A stretch of DNA of 64,000 nucleotides, taken from Bacteroidota bacterium. GTDB taxonomy: Bacteria > Bacteroidota > Bacteroidia > Bacteroidales > JAGONC01. The notes beneath the pieces are model-generated. The model was given only the letters and a program-made list of their open reading frames with translations. It did no database searches and had not been told where the DNA came from. Shown one piece after another: positions 36,362-46,734 of this stretch (the first letter of the stretch is position 1; every line of letters begins with the position of its first letter). Location of the stretch: the NCBI GenBank assembly GCA_022711405.1, contig JAKLFC010000010.1:70349-134348 (forward strand). Direction: 5' to 3'. A program made the position numbers and the translations under genes.

Positions 36362-37696
36362 CTAATTTACCATTGTTTTCCCCATTTCCCCGCTGATCCT
36401 CAGTAGATCGGTCTCGGCTTTTTTGGCAAGAAACTGTGAAAGGAGCAGCTGATACTGCGCATCAATGTACTTTTTCTGGATTTCACGCAGGTCAATGTCA
36501 TTGATGGTTCCCAGCCGGTACTTTTCAAAGGCCACTTCAAGATTCTTTTTCGCCACATCCTGGTTGATCCGTTCGATCTGCACGATCTCCAGCTGGGTGA
36601 GGTAATCCGTGTAGAGCTTGTACAGATCATTGGCAAGGGAAAGCTCCGTGTCCTTCACCAGGTTCTCATGGGTATTGATCGTCAGCTTTGCATTATTAAC
36701 TGTACGGTTCACGTTCAGTCCGTCGAAGATGGGATAGGAGAGGGAAAATCCGACGGATGGGCCCAGGTTGTGGCTGTATTCGGCAAATCCTGTCTGTGAG
36801 TTGATCTGGTTATAACTGTAGCCTGCGTTGAAGTTAAGGCGCGGATAACGCTGCGACCGTGCGTCTTTCAATTCTAATGTACTGATATTTAAGTTATTAC
36901 GCGCAATCAGCAGATCGTTGTTCTGTTGGAGCGCCGTGGCGAGCAACTGATCGAATGGCAGCGGTCCATTGAGGTTGATCGAGTCAGTGAAGATAAAAGA
37001 GCTATCAGGATCCAGGGCCATCAGCCGGTTCAGGTCAGCCCTTGTCTGTTTAAGGGCCGATATTTCGCGGATCAGGTTGATGCTGTCGGTGTTCATATCC
37101 ACCGTAGCCTGAAGCAGTTGCATCTCGGATCCGGCTCCCAGGCCGATCTTGGCCCGGGTGATGTCCCTTCGCTCCTTTGAAAGATTGAGTGCGTCCTGCA
37201 TGACAGCGATCAGTTTCTGTTGCTGTATCACTCCGAAATAGGTCAAAACAACGGCGGATACGGTATTTTCGATGGCGATGCGCACCTCGGTCCTTCCAGA
37301 TCCCTCCAGGATCTCGAGCATATCTTTGCTGGCAAACATGCTCAGTCCATCGAAAAGGGTCCATGTCAGCTGGACGCCAGCATTCATCGACCTGTTCTTG
37401 GCATTGTCGATGTCTTTTACCGTGCCGTTGAACATCTCCTGGTGGGTGCTTGTGAACGTATTGTTCTGTGTGCCGGTGATATTTACCAGCGGGAGGAAAC
37501 CTGCATTGCCGATAGTGTTGTTGTTACCGGCGATCTGCGCATAGTTCTTCTGGATAACGATGGAGTAATTGTTTTTCAGTCCGGTTTCAATGGCCTGTAA
37601 CAGGCTCAGGGATTCCTGGGAGTTGACATTCAGCCATCCTGTGGCAGACATCAGAATGAGCAACAGGGAGATGTTAACTTTCGACCGTGGTATCAT
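36362..37696 (-). CDS. TolC-family outer-membrane efflux protein
   Basis: 444 aa with a signal peptide and a duplicated OEP coiled-coil/barrel pattern. It overlaps the RND pump gene. Confidence 0.85.
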   Translation of the reverse strand: MIPRSKVNISLLLILMSATGWLNVNSQESLSLLQAIETGLKNNYSIVIQKNYAQIAGNNNTIGNAGFLPLVNITGTQNNTFTSTHQEMFNGTVKDIDNAKNRSMNAGVQLTWTLFDGLSMFASKDMLEILEGSGRTEVRIAIENTVSAVVLTYFGVIQQQKLIAVMQDALNLSKERRDITRAKIGLGAGSEMQLLQATVDMNTDSINLIREISALKQTRADLNRLMALDPDSSFIFTDSINLNGPLPFDQLLATALQQNNDLLIARNNLNISTLELKDARSQRYPRLNFNAGYSYNQINSQTGFAEYSHNLGPSVGFSLSYPIFDGLNVNRTVNNAKLTINTHENLVKDTELSLANDLYKLYTDYLTQLEIVQIERINQDVAKKNLEVAFEKYRLGTINDIDLREIQKKYIDAQYQLLLSQFLAKKAETDLLRISGEMGKTMVN

Positions 37697-40600
37697 GATC
37701 GGCTTTCTTGAGTTTTCTTGACATATAGGTATACAGGGCAGGGATGACGAAGAGGGTCAGGATGAGCGAGAAGATCAGCCCCCCGATGATGGTGATTCCC
37801 ATGGGTACACGGCTGTGCGACGCAGCACCCAGTGAAAGGGCAATGGGCAGGGCGCCCAGTGCGGTGGCCAGACTGGTCATCAGAATGGGCCGAAGCCGGC
37901 GCGTCGCCGCATCGATCACCGCCTCGCGCAACTCCAGTCCCGCCGCTTTACGCTGGTTGGCAAACTCAACGATCAGGATACCATTCTTGGTTACGATACC
38001 TACCAGCACGATCACTCCGATCTCGCTGAAAATGTTGATCGTCTGACCGAATATCCACAGTGATAACACAGCTCCCGCCAGGGCCAGGGGTACCGTGAAC
38101 ATGATGATCAGGGGGTCGATGTAGCTTTCAAACTGCGCGGCCAGTACCAGGAAGATCAGGACCAGCGCCAGCAGGAACGCAAACAGCAAACTCTTTGAGC
38201 TGTCCTCATATTCTTTTGAGGTTCCTGTCAGGTCGGTTGAAAAAGATTCATCCAGTGTCTCCCGGGCAATGTTACGCATTTCCTGGATGCCCTGGCCAAG
38301 CGTAACTCCCCTGGCAGGCTGGGCGGATACCCTGGCTGATACATAGCGGTTGTAGCGGTACAGCTGGGGAGGATTGCTCTGCTCGGAAAGCCTGACCACG
38401 TTGTCGATCTGGATCAGCTCGTTTCGGTTGTTGCGGACGTAGATCGAACTGAGGTCGAGCGGTTCATTCCTGTTTTCCCTCGTCGCCTGACCAATCACCT
38501 GGTATTGCTTGCTGTTCATAATAAAGAAACCATACCTCTGCCCGCTGAAGTATAGCTGAAGGCTTTCGGCCACATCCCTTACATTGATGCCCAGGGCCCG
38601 TGCCCGGTCGCGGTCTATTTGCACGGCGATCTCCGGCTTGCTGAACTGCAGGTTGATATCTACCACCTCGAACACAGGACTGTTCTGGGCTTTCTCCATA
38701 AATTCAGGAATGACCTTCCTCAGCTTTTCGAAATTCGGCGACTGGATCACGAACTGGACAGGCAACCCTCCTCCACGTCCTCCCCCAATGGTTTGTTCCT
38801 GGGTGGCAAAAGAGCGGGCAAAATTGTAGCTGCGCAGAATGGGTCCCAGATCGTCCACAATTTCCTGCTGGCTGCGCTCCCGTTCGCCTGGATCCACCAG
38901 CGATACGCGTATGAATCCATTACTGGTCGAGGATGCTGAACCCCATCCGGGTGCCGTCATCACCAGCAGGGTCTCCTTTTCGGGGATCGAATCTATGATG
39001 GGCAACAGCTGCAGCATGTACTCGTCCATCAGTTCGAAGGATGTGCCTTCGGGTGCAGTACAGGTAATGGCAAAGCGGCTTTTATCTTCCAGGGGGGCAA
39101 GCTCGGAAGGGATCAGCATGCCAATGCCCAGAATGATGACTGCTGAAATGGCGATGATCACCAGTGAAATCCACCGGTGACTGATAAACCGGGTGAGGAT
39201 GCGGTTATATCCGTTGATCAGGTTATCGATCCAATGTTCTGTCCGCAGAAAGATGCCGCTGTGTTTCACATTTCTCCGGAGGAGACGTGAGCTCATCATC
39301 GGGGTAAGTGTCAGCGAGACCAGTGCCGAAACCAGAATGGTTCCGGCCACCACCACACCGAACTCACGGAATAACCTTCCCGTCAGCCCGCTCAGGAAGA
39401 TGATCGGCATGAAGACGGCTGCCAGTGTGACCGTAGTGGAAATGATGGCGAAATAGATCTCCTTTGAGCCTCTGTGGCCTGCCTCGATGGGAGGGATGCC
39501 TGATTCCACCTTATGATAGATGTTCTCCAGGACAACGATGGCATCATCCACCACCAGCCCTGTGGCAAGCACGATGGCCAGCAGGGTGAGTATGTTGATG
39601 GAGAATCCGGCGATGTACATGATAAAGAACCCGCTGATGAGGGAGATCGGGATGGCGATAACAGGAATAAGAGTGGTACGCCAGTTTCTGAGAAAGACGA
39701 ATATCACGAGCACCACAAGAGCAAAGGCGATGAGAAGGGTATCGAAGACTTCGGTGATGGCTTTGCGGATCGTTTTTGTGGTATCCAGGGCCGTTCCCTG
39801 GATGATATCGGAGGGCAGGTCCACCCTGATCTGTTCCAGCCTTTTGTATACCTCATCCGCAATGGCGATCTGGTTCGCCCCAGGCTGAGGTACGACAGCA
39901 ACCCCGACCAGCGGGATCCCGTTGTTTCCCCGCATGATGGTCCGTTCATTTTCAGGGACCAGAATTGCCTGACCGATATCGCGGAAACGGACCAGCGAGC
40001 CATTGGATTCACGGATGATCATATTGTTGAACTCTTCCGGGGTGGTGAGCCTGCCCTGGGTGCGGATGACCATTTCGGTCCGGTATCCTTCGATCCGGCC
40101 CGAAGGCAACTCCACATTTTCCCTGAGCAGTGCATTCCTCACGTCGGAAGGGGTCAGCTGATAGCTTACCAGGAGAGCCGGATCCATCATCAGTTTGATG
40201 GCATACTTCCGCTCGCCCCAGATGCGGATCTCGCTCACTCCGGGGATGGTCTGCAAACGTTCCTTGAAAACGATATTGGCAATATCCGACAGCTCCATCA
40301 AATCGCGGGCGTTGCTTTGCAGCGTCAGCAACAGGATGGGCGAAGCGTCAGCATCGGATTTGGTAATGATGGGCGGATCGCAGTCCTGGGGCAGGTTGCG
40401 GATAGCACGGGAAACACGGTCCCGGACATCATTGGCCGCTGCCTCCATGTCCACTCCCAGCTGGAATTCGACCGTGATGTTGCTGCGGCCGTCACTGCTG
40501 GTGGAAGTGAGCGACCGGATGCCGGCAACACCGTTGATGGATTCCTCCAGGGGTTCGGTGATCTGTGACTCGATCACATCGGCATTGGCACCGACATAAC

Positions 40601-40748
40601 TGGTTGAAACTGATACAACGGGCGGATCAACACTCGGGTATTCCCTCACTCCCAGAAATGTGTACCCGATCCCTCCGAAAAGAACAATGACGATCGAGAT
40701 GACACTGGCCAGAACAGGTCGCTTGATGCTTACAGAAGAGATGTTCAT
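37674..40748 (-). CDS. RND efflux transporter permease (AcrB/HAE1-type)
   Basis: 1024 aa with an N-terminal SIKRPVLASVISIVIVLFG motif and the 12-TM / two large periplasmic loop layout. Confidence 0.9.
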   Translation of the reverse strand: MNISSVSIKRPVLASVISIVIVLFGGIGYTFLGVREYPSVDPPVVSVSTSYVGANADVIESQITEPLEESINGVAGIRSLTSTSSDGRSNITVEFQLGVDMEAAANDVRDRVSRAIRNLPQDCDPPIITKSDADASPILLLTLQSNARDLMELSDIANIVFKERLQTIPGVSEIRIWGERKYAIKLMMDPALLVSYQLTPSDVRNALLRENVELPSGRIEGYRTEMVIRTQGRLTTPEEFNNMIIRESNGSLVRFRDIGQAILVPENERTIMRGNNGIPLVGVAVVPQPGANQIAIADEVYKRLEQIRVDLPSDIIQGTALDTTKTIRKAITEVFDTLLIAFALVVLVIFVFLRNWRTTLIPVIAIPISLISGFFIMYIAGFSINILTLLAIVLATGLVVDDAIVVLENIYHKVESGIPPIEAGHRGSKEIYFAIISTTVTLAAVFMPIIFLSGLTGRLFREFGVVVAGTILVSALVSLTLTPMMSSRLLRRNVKHSGIFLRTEHWIDNLINGYNRILTRFISHRWISLVIIAISAVIILGIGMLIPSELAPLEDKSRFAITCTAPEGTSFELMDEYMLQLLPIIDSIPEKETLLVMTAPGWGSASSTSNGFIRVSLVDPGERERSQQEIVDDLGPILRSYNFARSFATQEQTIGGGRGGGLPVQFVIQSPNFEKLRKVIPEFMEKAQNSPVFEVVDINLQFSKPEIAVQIDRDRARALGINVRDVAESLQLYFSGQRYGFFIMNSKQYQVIGQATRENRNEPLDLSSIYVRNNRNELIQIDNVVRLSEQSNPPQLYRYNRYVSARVSAQPARGVTLGQGIQEMRNIARETLDESFSTDLTGTSKEYEDSSKSLLFAFLLALVLIFLVLAAQFESYIDPLIIMFTVPLALAGAVLSLWIFGQTINIFSEIGVIVLVGIVTKNGILIVEFANQRKAAGLELREAVIDAATRRLRPILMTSLATALGALPIALSLGAASHSRVPMGITIIGGLIFSLILTLFVIPALYTYMSRKLKKADHDTTVES

Positions 40749-40768
40749 CGTCGGTAAAGATTATAACA

Positions 40769-41833
40769 TCAGAGGGATTCCTGAATACGGATTTTGACCT
40801 TCATGTCATTCCTTAACTGCAATAATCCGGTGGTGATCACCGTATCGCCCGGATTCAGACCATCGGTCACCTGAACTTCGTAATCCGTTCGGATTCCGGT
40901 AATCAAATACTGAGTTCTGACCTTGCCCTGCGCGCACAATAATACTTTTTCGCCTTTAATATCAGGGATTACTGCCTCGGAGGGAATGACCAGCGCATCC
41001 TGAACGGTCTGCAGGATGATCTCTACTTTGACAAAAGCGCCCGGCACCAAACTGTTCTGCGGATTGGGGCACTTCGCTCTGACGGTGAACGACCGGGTCA
41101 TCAGGTCAATCCTGGGTTCAATGGCATAGATGATCCCCTCGAATGCATTTTCCTGCCCGGCAACGGTAAAATGGATGGTAGATCCTTTTTGGATATTGCT
41201 GATGTATTTTTCAGGAACAGTAAATTCGATTTTTATAGGATCTGTTTGCTGCATACGTGCTACCACCAATGAAGGGGAAGCATATCCTCCCGTACTGACA
41301 TAACGTAATCCGATGTGACCACTGAAGGGGGCATAGATGGCAGTTTTTGCTATCTGCGACCGTACCAGCTCTATCTCTGCCTGGATGACACCCAGCTGAT
41401 TCTGCGAGATCTGGTATTCTTCCTCGGTGGCGGCCTTGATCTCCAGCAGTTTCTGTTTCCGGTAAAGATCATCCTGTGCCAGCTTTTCTTCCAGCTGCAG
41501 CTTCTTTAACTGTGCCTGCAGTTCTGAATCATCGATCTTGACCAGTAGGCTTCCTTTACCGACAAACGTCCCTTCTTCAAAAGAGATGGCCGTTACCCGT
41601 CCCGAGGTTTCCGGTCTGACCTCCACTTCCTCGTTCGCTAATAGTGAACCCGTAGAGGTTATCTTTTGCTCCAGAAGACGGGGATGGATCACAACGCCTC
41701 TCACTTCCACCGTGCGGGGCGCATAGGCAGATGATGCTGCAGGTGCAGATTTTTCTTTGCATCCTGCTGCTATCAGAATAACCCATACCGCATAAAAAAC
41801 TGGTATTATGCCACGTAAAACATTCATAATCAA
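40769..41833 (-). CDS. RND efflux periplasmic adaptor (membrane fusion protein)
   Basis: 354 aa with a lipobox-like AAGC, a coiled-coil hairpin (LQAQLKKLQLEEKLAQDDLYRKQKLL) and beta-barrel domains. Confidence 0.85.
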   Translation of the reverse strand: MIMNVLRGIIPVFYAVWVILIAAGCKEKSAPAASSAYAPRTVEVRGVVIHPRLLEQKITSTGSLLANEEVEVRPETSGRVTAISFEEGTFVGKGSLLVKIDDSELQAQLKKLQLEEKLAQDDLYRKQKLLEIKAATEEEYQISQNQLGVIQAEIELVRSQIAKTAIYAPFSGHIGLRYVSTGGYASPSLVVARMQQTDPIKIEFTVPEKYISNIQKGSTIHFTVAGQENAFEGIIYAIEPRIDLMTRSFTVRAKCPNPQNSLVPGAFVKVEIILQTVQDALVIPSEAVIPDIKGEKVLLCAQGKVRTQYLITGIRTDYEVQVTDGLNPGDTVITTGLLQLRNDMKVKIRIQESL

Positions 41834-41957
41834 TTAAATATATCTATTATTCCCGTTTTGGAAAATGCAAACGGGCCACGAAGTTAATGATTTGTACATT
41901 ATCCCTGAACAAAATTACCTATAAACTGTTATATAGATATTTAAATATGAATTTATT

Positions 41958-42662
41958 ATGAAAGCAAAAGTCATCTTAACATCATTAACACTCGTATTGA
42001 CCATGACAACACAATCTTCATTATTCAGCCAGAGTTCTCCCGCACAGAGCGGAAAACCGGCCTTTGAATTTCCGGCGCTTCCCTATAGCTATGATGCCCT
42101 GGAGCCGTTCATTGATAAAATGACCATGGAGATTCATTATACCAGGCATCACCGTGCATACTATGACAATTTTGTGAAAGCCATCACCGGAACGGAGTGG
42201 GAAAGCAAGTCATTGAACGATATTTTCGCTGGTATCAGCAAGGCTTCGGCCGTGATCCGCAACAACGGGGGAGGGTATTACAACCATATCCTTTTCTGGG
42301 AGAACATGGCCCCCCAGGGACAGGGAGGCCAGATGTCGGCGGAACTGAAAAAGGCGATCGAGTCGGCATTCGGAAGCGTGGAGGATTTTATTAGGCAGTT
42401 CAATGATGCGGCCAAAGGAAGATTCGGCAGCGGCTGGGCCTGGCTGGTGAAGGATGCACAGGGAAACCTGTTTATCAGCTCCACCCCCAACCAGGACAAT
42501 CCCCTGATGGATGTGGCCGAAAAGAAAGGAACACCCATTTTAGGACTTGACGTCTGGGAACATGCGTATTACCTGAAATATCAGAACCGCCGTCCCGATT
42601 ACATTGAAGCATTCTGGAACATTGTGAACTGGAACGCCGTGAATGAGCGGTTCGCGCAGTAA
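41958..42662 (+). CDS. Fe/Mn superoxide dismutase with N-terminal signal peptide
   Basis: 234 aa. After an approximately 30-aa signal peptide comes FEFPALPYSYDALEPFIDKMTMEIHYTRHH, and later DVWEHAYYLKYQNRR. Confidence 0.9.
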   Translation: MKAKVILTSLTLVLTMTTQSSLFSQSSPAQSGKPAFEFPALPYSYDALEPFIDKMTMEIHYTRHHRAYYDNFVKAITGTEWESKSLNDIFAGISKASAVIRNNGGGYYNHILFWENMAPQGQGGQMSAELKKAIESAFGSVEDFIRQFNDAAKGRFGSGWAWLVKDAQGNLFISSTPNQDNPLMDVAEKKGTPILGLDVWEHAYYLKYQNRRPDYIEAFWNIVNWNAVNERFAQ

Positions 42663-42681
42663 TACCCCTATCCACTTGTCC

Positions 42682-42703
42682 CCTTCCCCCATTTGGGGGA
42701 AGG
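42682..42703. terminator. Bidirectional terminator hairpin CCTTCCCCC-attt-GGGGGAAGG
   Basis: A perfect 9-bp GC-rich stem lies between the convergent sod (ends 42662) and ridA-like (ends 42712) genes. Confidence 0.75.
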
Positions 42704-42711
42704 AGAATACT

Positions 42712-43158
42712 TTATTTTACTGCAATGCAAGAGATTTCCACGTGCGCTCCTTTGGGCAGCGCCACCACCTGAATGGCTTCCCTGGCAGGTGGCGATTCCC
42801 TGAAGTATCCGCCGTATATGGAATTGATGAGCCCGTAGTTCTTGATGTCGGTCATGAAAATGGTCGCTTTGACGACATTCGGGTATGACATACCTGCTTC
42901 TTCCAGCACCGCCCCAAGGTTTGACATCACCCTGCGGATCTCGGCTTCCAGGTTAAGGGTATCCATCTGTCCTGTGGCCGGATCCAGGGGGAGCTGCCCC
43001 GAAACGTACAGTGTGCTGCCGGCAAGGATCGCCTGACTGTAGGGCCCGACGGCCTTCGGAGCATCGGGTGACATAATTACCTGTTTTTCAACACCCTGCC
43101 CGATGCCCATGATGGACAGAAAGGCCAGGAACAGAGAAAGAATGTATCTTTTCATCAT
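42712..43158 (-). CDS. RidA/YjgF/L-PSP family protein with signal peptide
   Basis: 148 aa with a signal peptide, then APKAVGPYSQAI...GQLPLDP...PAREAIQVVALPKGAHVEI. Confidence 0.85.
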   Translation of the reverse strand: MMKRYILSLFLAFLSIMGIGQGVEKQVIMSPDAPKAVGPYSQAILAGSTLYVSGQLPLDPATGQMDTLNLEAEIRRVMSNLGAVLEEAGMSYPNVVKATIFMTDIKNYGLINSIYGGYFRESPPAREAIQVVALPKGAHVEISCIAVK

Positions 43159-43173
43159 GACTATGTATGAGGA

Positions 43174-44478
43174 TTATGGTTTTTTCAAAGCCAGTTCTTC
43201 AATGGCTACCACCAGCTTGTCAAGATCCCTCAGGGTGGTATACACATGCGGGGTGACCCTTACCCCGGCTATGTTCTCCCAGATAATGCCAGTAGTATGG
43301 ATCTTATGTTTATAAAAAAGGAAGGCGTCGATGTCTTCAGGCTTATAGCCTTCAATGGAAAACAGACCGATCACGCAGGCAAATTCGGATTTGAAGGAAG
43401 TATGGATCCTGACGCCTGGGATGTCCTTCACACGGGTGGTCCAGTAATCCTTCAGGAAACGCAGCCTTTCCTCCTTGCGTCTGGTGCCTATGGCGAGGTG
43501 AAAGTCAAGCGCGCTGCCAATGGCCATTTCGGTAGCGAAGGAGCGCGTGCCCAGCCGTTCGAATTTCACGATCTGGTCGCTGAGAGGATTGTCATCCGGG
43601 CAGATCGGCCATATCTTCGGGATCTTTTCCTTGTTGACATAGAGCAATCCGGATCCGAAGGGTGCACACATCCATTTATGCAGGCTTGTGGCAAAGTAAT
43701 CACATTCGAGGTCGGGAATCCTGAAATCCAGCAGGGCAAAGGTATGCGCCCCGTCAACCAGCACTTCAATTCCTCTCTGGTGGGCTGCCTGTGCGATCTT
43801 TTTCACAGGAATGATCTGTCCGATCCAGTTGATGATATGGGTGACGTTCACCAGTTTGGTCTTACCGGTAAACTCTCGGATGTACGCATTGGCCAGCTCC
43901 TCTTCATCCTCTGAGGGCAGTTCCAGGTTCACCCATTTTAAGACGATCCCATCCCTCTTCTCAAGGACCCTGAAGGTATTGATGACGTTGGGATAGTCCT
44001 GTCTGGCAAGCACCACCTCGTCGCCGGGCTGCAGGTTTAGGCCGTAGATGATGTTGTTCATGGCTTCGGTGGTGTTCCGGTTGATGGAGATCTCTTCCGG
44101 ACCGCACCCTGCAAAGGCCGCCAGATCGGCCCGCAGGGCTTCCCGCCCCTGGTCGAGGATGCGCCACATGTAATAGGAGGGAGCTTCGTTGCAAAGCCGG
44201 TTGTACCGCTCAAAGGTATCCTGCACCACTTTTGGCTGGGGGCTTACACCACCGTTGTTGAGGTTGATGATGTTGGGAGAGGTGGTATACGCCTGTTGCA
44301 TCCAGGCCCAGAAGTCATCATCGGGCGTGTTTTCGGGAGGAAATCCCAAGATCGCCTCATTGAACCATTCCTCTCCGAATGATGTACCGGGTAGTAAAGT
44401 GGCTGCACTCATGGTAGCGGCAAGTTGTTTGACAAAAAGACGACGATTGATGGACATGGCATCATGAATTTGATTCAA
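43174..44478 (-). CDS. Class V aminotransferase-fold PLP enzyme with Tat-type signal (isopenicillin-N-epimerase-like)
   Basis: 434 aa with a twin-arginine motif (SINRRLFVKQLAATMSAATLL). SLHKWMCAP is the PLP lysine region. Confidence 0.75.
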   Translation of the reverse strand: MNQIHDAMSINRRLFVKQLAATMSAATLLPGTSFGEEWFNEAILGFPPENTPDDDFWAWMQQAYTTSPNIINLNNGGVSPQPKVVQDTFERYNRLCNEAPSYYMWRILDQGREALRADLAAFAGCGPEEISINRNTTEAMNNIIYGLNLQPGDEVVLARQDYPNVINTFRVLEKRDGIVLKWVNLELPSEDEEELANAYIREFTGKTKLVNVTHIINWIGQIIPVKKIAQAAHQRGIEVLVDGAHTFALLDFRIPDLECDYFATSLHKWMCAPFGSGLLYVNKEKIPKIWPICPDDNPLSDQIVKFERLGTRSFATEMAIGSALDFHLAIGTRRKEERLRFLKDYWTTRVKDIPGVRIHTSFKSEFACVIGLFSIEGYKPEDIDAFLFYKHKIHTTGIIWENIAGVRVTPHVYTTLRDLDKLVVAIEELALKKP

Positions 44479-44575
44479 AGATAAAAAATCATTACAGGGA
44501 GAATGTTATTTCGGTTACACCTGCAGGTAATAAAAATAGCGGTGTTAAAGGTACAGGTGTTATGTCCACTAATCA

Positions 44576-45508
44576 TCAGGTAATGAGCTTCAGATAATGA
44601 TTGATGAACTTTGTGAAGAAGTTCGTTTTCAGTAATAATTGGTTGTAGAGTGTCATACCTGCAATCGCACACAGTACTCCGAGTATTGCATCTATTACAT
44701 AGTGATGACCGGAGTAAACGGCAGCAAACCAGATACCTGCCATGAGTAGTCCAAACAGGTAATTGACCCACCCGCACCGGGCCTTCAATCCATAATAAAG
44801 TACAATCAAAGGGTAGGCACAATGTAAGGAGGGTACAGCCGCAAAAACGTTCGCATTCTTTGAGTAAATGCTGCCGAAGACCTTAAGATGAATAAGTTGA
44901 TCGAACCGGCTAAGACCGGCCGAGTTGCCTTCTGTAGTTAAATCCAGATCAAATCCGTTCCTGGCAACATACCATGGTGGAGCGGCAGGATGTATGTAAT
45001 ATATTATAAATCCCAGGAGGTTGACAAGCAGAAAGGTAAGCGAAAAATCCAGGAACATCCTGCGATCAGTATAAAATAAGTAAGCGGCAAAAGCCAGGGG
45101 TACGGGCACCCAGTTTATATAAGCAATGCCGGCTAAGAAGTCCACGAAGACATTGTGTTTCATCGCAAAGTATTCGTTTGGAGTTACTCTGATCCCGTTG
45201 AAAACAAATCCGAATAATTCTTTTTCCAGGTTATAGATTGGAGCTATATCCACCGGATTGTACTGATAATTCGGGAAAACACGCAACAGGTCGTAAATTA
45301 TGCCGTATACTACAAAAATTGCAAAGCCCAGTATAAATTTCCTGCTTTTTTTGCCGGCATAAAAACAGATATTGATTCCGAGGATAATAGCCCAGTGCTC
45401 CATCCTTAGCCCTTCAAGGAACAAAATTCCGAGAAGGTAAATGAGAGAGAAAAGGGTCAGTATGAATGAGCCTTTTGGCAGATGCTTCTTCCAATATCTT
45501 CCTATCAT
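44576..45508 (-). CDS. PAP2_C-type membrane protein, putative inositol phosphorylceramide synthase
   Basis: 310 aa and polytopic. The PSLHCAYP and YSGHHYVIDAILG motifs are the PAP2 C2/C3 boxes found in AUR1-like enzymes. It is the last gene of the inositol-lipid cluster. Confidence 0.6.
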   Translation of the reverse strand: MIGRYWKKHLPKGSFILTLFSLIYLLGILFLEGLRMEHWAIILGINICFYAGKKSRKFILGFAIFVVYGIIYDLLRVFPNYQYNPVDIAPIYNLEKELFGFVFNGIRVTPNEYFAMKHNVFVDFLAGIAYINWVPVPLAFAAYLFYTDRRMFLDFSLTFLLVNLLGFIIYYIHPAAPPWYVARNGFDLDLTTEGNSAGLSRFDQLIHLKVFGSIYSKNANVFAAVPSLHCAYPLIVLYYGLKARCGWVNYLFGLLMAGIWFAAVYSGHHYVIDAILGVLCAIAGMTLYNQLLLKTNFFTKFINHYLKLIT

Positions 45509-45606
45509 TTTATTTCATTAGTTTTCAGTGAATTACCAGCTCATGAACTCGGTGGGTGGATGGATCAGTCCCGAATAGGTCAGCGAAGACAATAAAAAAT
45601 GTTTTA

Positions 45607-46323
45607 TTAGAGATCCCGGTTTCCTTTTTCAAATTCATGTTTACAGTCTCTGAGCCTCCTGATGGCTGTAAGATTGGAAAGAATAGCCACGGCGACAAGT
45701 GGGTAGATAAAAATTGAAATGGTTTCAGCAAATTTAAAAGGGATACGATCAATGATGAGTTCCTGGTTACCCCCCGTCATATGCGATACGATACCACAGA
45801 GCAATGCTGATACTCCAATGGTCACTACTCTTTCAGGCCGTTGCATGAGTCCCCCTTTACATTCAATGCCCAGGCCCTCAGCTCTTGCCCTCACATAGCT
45901 TACCATCATCGAACCGATAAGGGCAATAAATCCCCAAAGTGAACTGATAAAATAATGGCGTGAGATCAGGAAATAGCAGATCCCAAGGAACATTATTAAT
46001 TCGCTGTAACGGTCAAGGGTTGAATCGTATAATGCTCCGAATTTGGAGCTCATTTTTCCTCTGCGAGCCAGGCGGCCATCCAGAATATCAAAGAATCCAG
46101 CGAAAAGAATAAGGCCACCACCCCATCCTAAAGTCGACAGATCCCCTTTTGTACCGTGATCAGCACCATATATTAATACGGCGGCAGCAACAATATTAAT
46201 TAAAAAGCCCATGGTAGTGATCATGTTAGGACTCACATTAAGGGCGATAAGCAGCTTCACCAGTGGTTCAATTAATTTATAGATCCATTCCTGTAAAAAT
46301 GATTTCATAAGAGCTTTTATCAA
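45607..46323 (-). CDS. CDP-alcohol phosphatidyltransferase (phosphatidylinositol-phosphate synthase-like)
   Basis: 238 aa with DILDGRLARRGKMSSKFGALYDSTLDRYSE, the D-G-x2-A-R-x8-G-x3-D-x3-D motif. Confidence 0.85.
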   Translation of the reverse strand: MIKALMKSFLQEWIYKLIEPLVKLLIALNVSPNMITTMGFLINIVAAAVLIYGADHGTKGDLSTLGWGGGLILFAGFFDILDGRLARRGKMSSKFGALYDSTLDRYSELIMFLGICYFLISRHYFISSLWGFIALIGSMMVSYVRARAEGLGIECKGGLMQRPERVVTIGVSALLCGIVSHMTGGNQELIIDRIPFKFAETISIFIYPLVAVAILSNLTAIRRLRDCKHEFEKGNRDL

Positions 46324-46331
46324 TGTATGAT

Positions 46332-46721
46332 TTACTGATTCTCACGTGTTGAATTAAAGACAAAATATTTTTGAAGCAAATAATTAAAGGATATACCAAT
46401 GATGGTCGCCGTAATAATTTTTGACCACAGGTAATTCATATGACCAAAGCTTGTAAGCAGAAAGACAAAGCAGATATTCAGCAGTATACTACCTCCCCAT
46501 ACCAGTGAATAACGTAATGCTTGTCGCCAGGGAGGTAGAAAGGTCACGCAGAAAACCCAGCGCCTGTTGAGGATAAAATTTGTAATCCCCCCCAGCACAG
46601 TGCCTGTTATTGTCCCGGTCAGATACCAAAGCCCGCAAATCTCTTTAAGAAATACTGTGATACCAAAATCAACGACTGTAGCTACTAATGATGATATCTG
46701 AGCTTTGATAAACTTGTTCAT
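46332..46721 (-). CDS. GtrA-family membrane protein
   Basis: 129 aa with four TM helices and the typical FxxVGxxxxxxNxxxxxxxVF layout. Confidence 0.75.
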   Translation of the reverse strand: MNKFIKAQISSLVATVVDFGITVFLKEICGLWYLTGTITGTVLGGITNFILNRRWVFCVTFLPPWRQALRYSLVWGGSILLNICFVFLLTSFGHMNYLWSKIITATIIGISFNYLLQKYFVFNSTRENQ

Positions 46722-46734
46722 CCTACGAGGTTGA

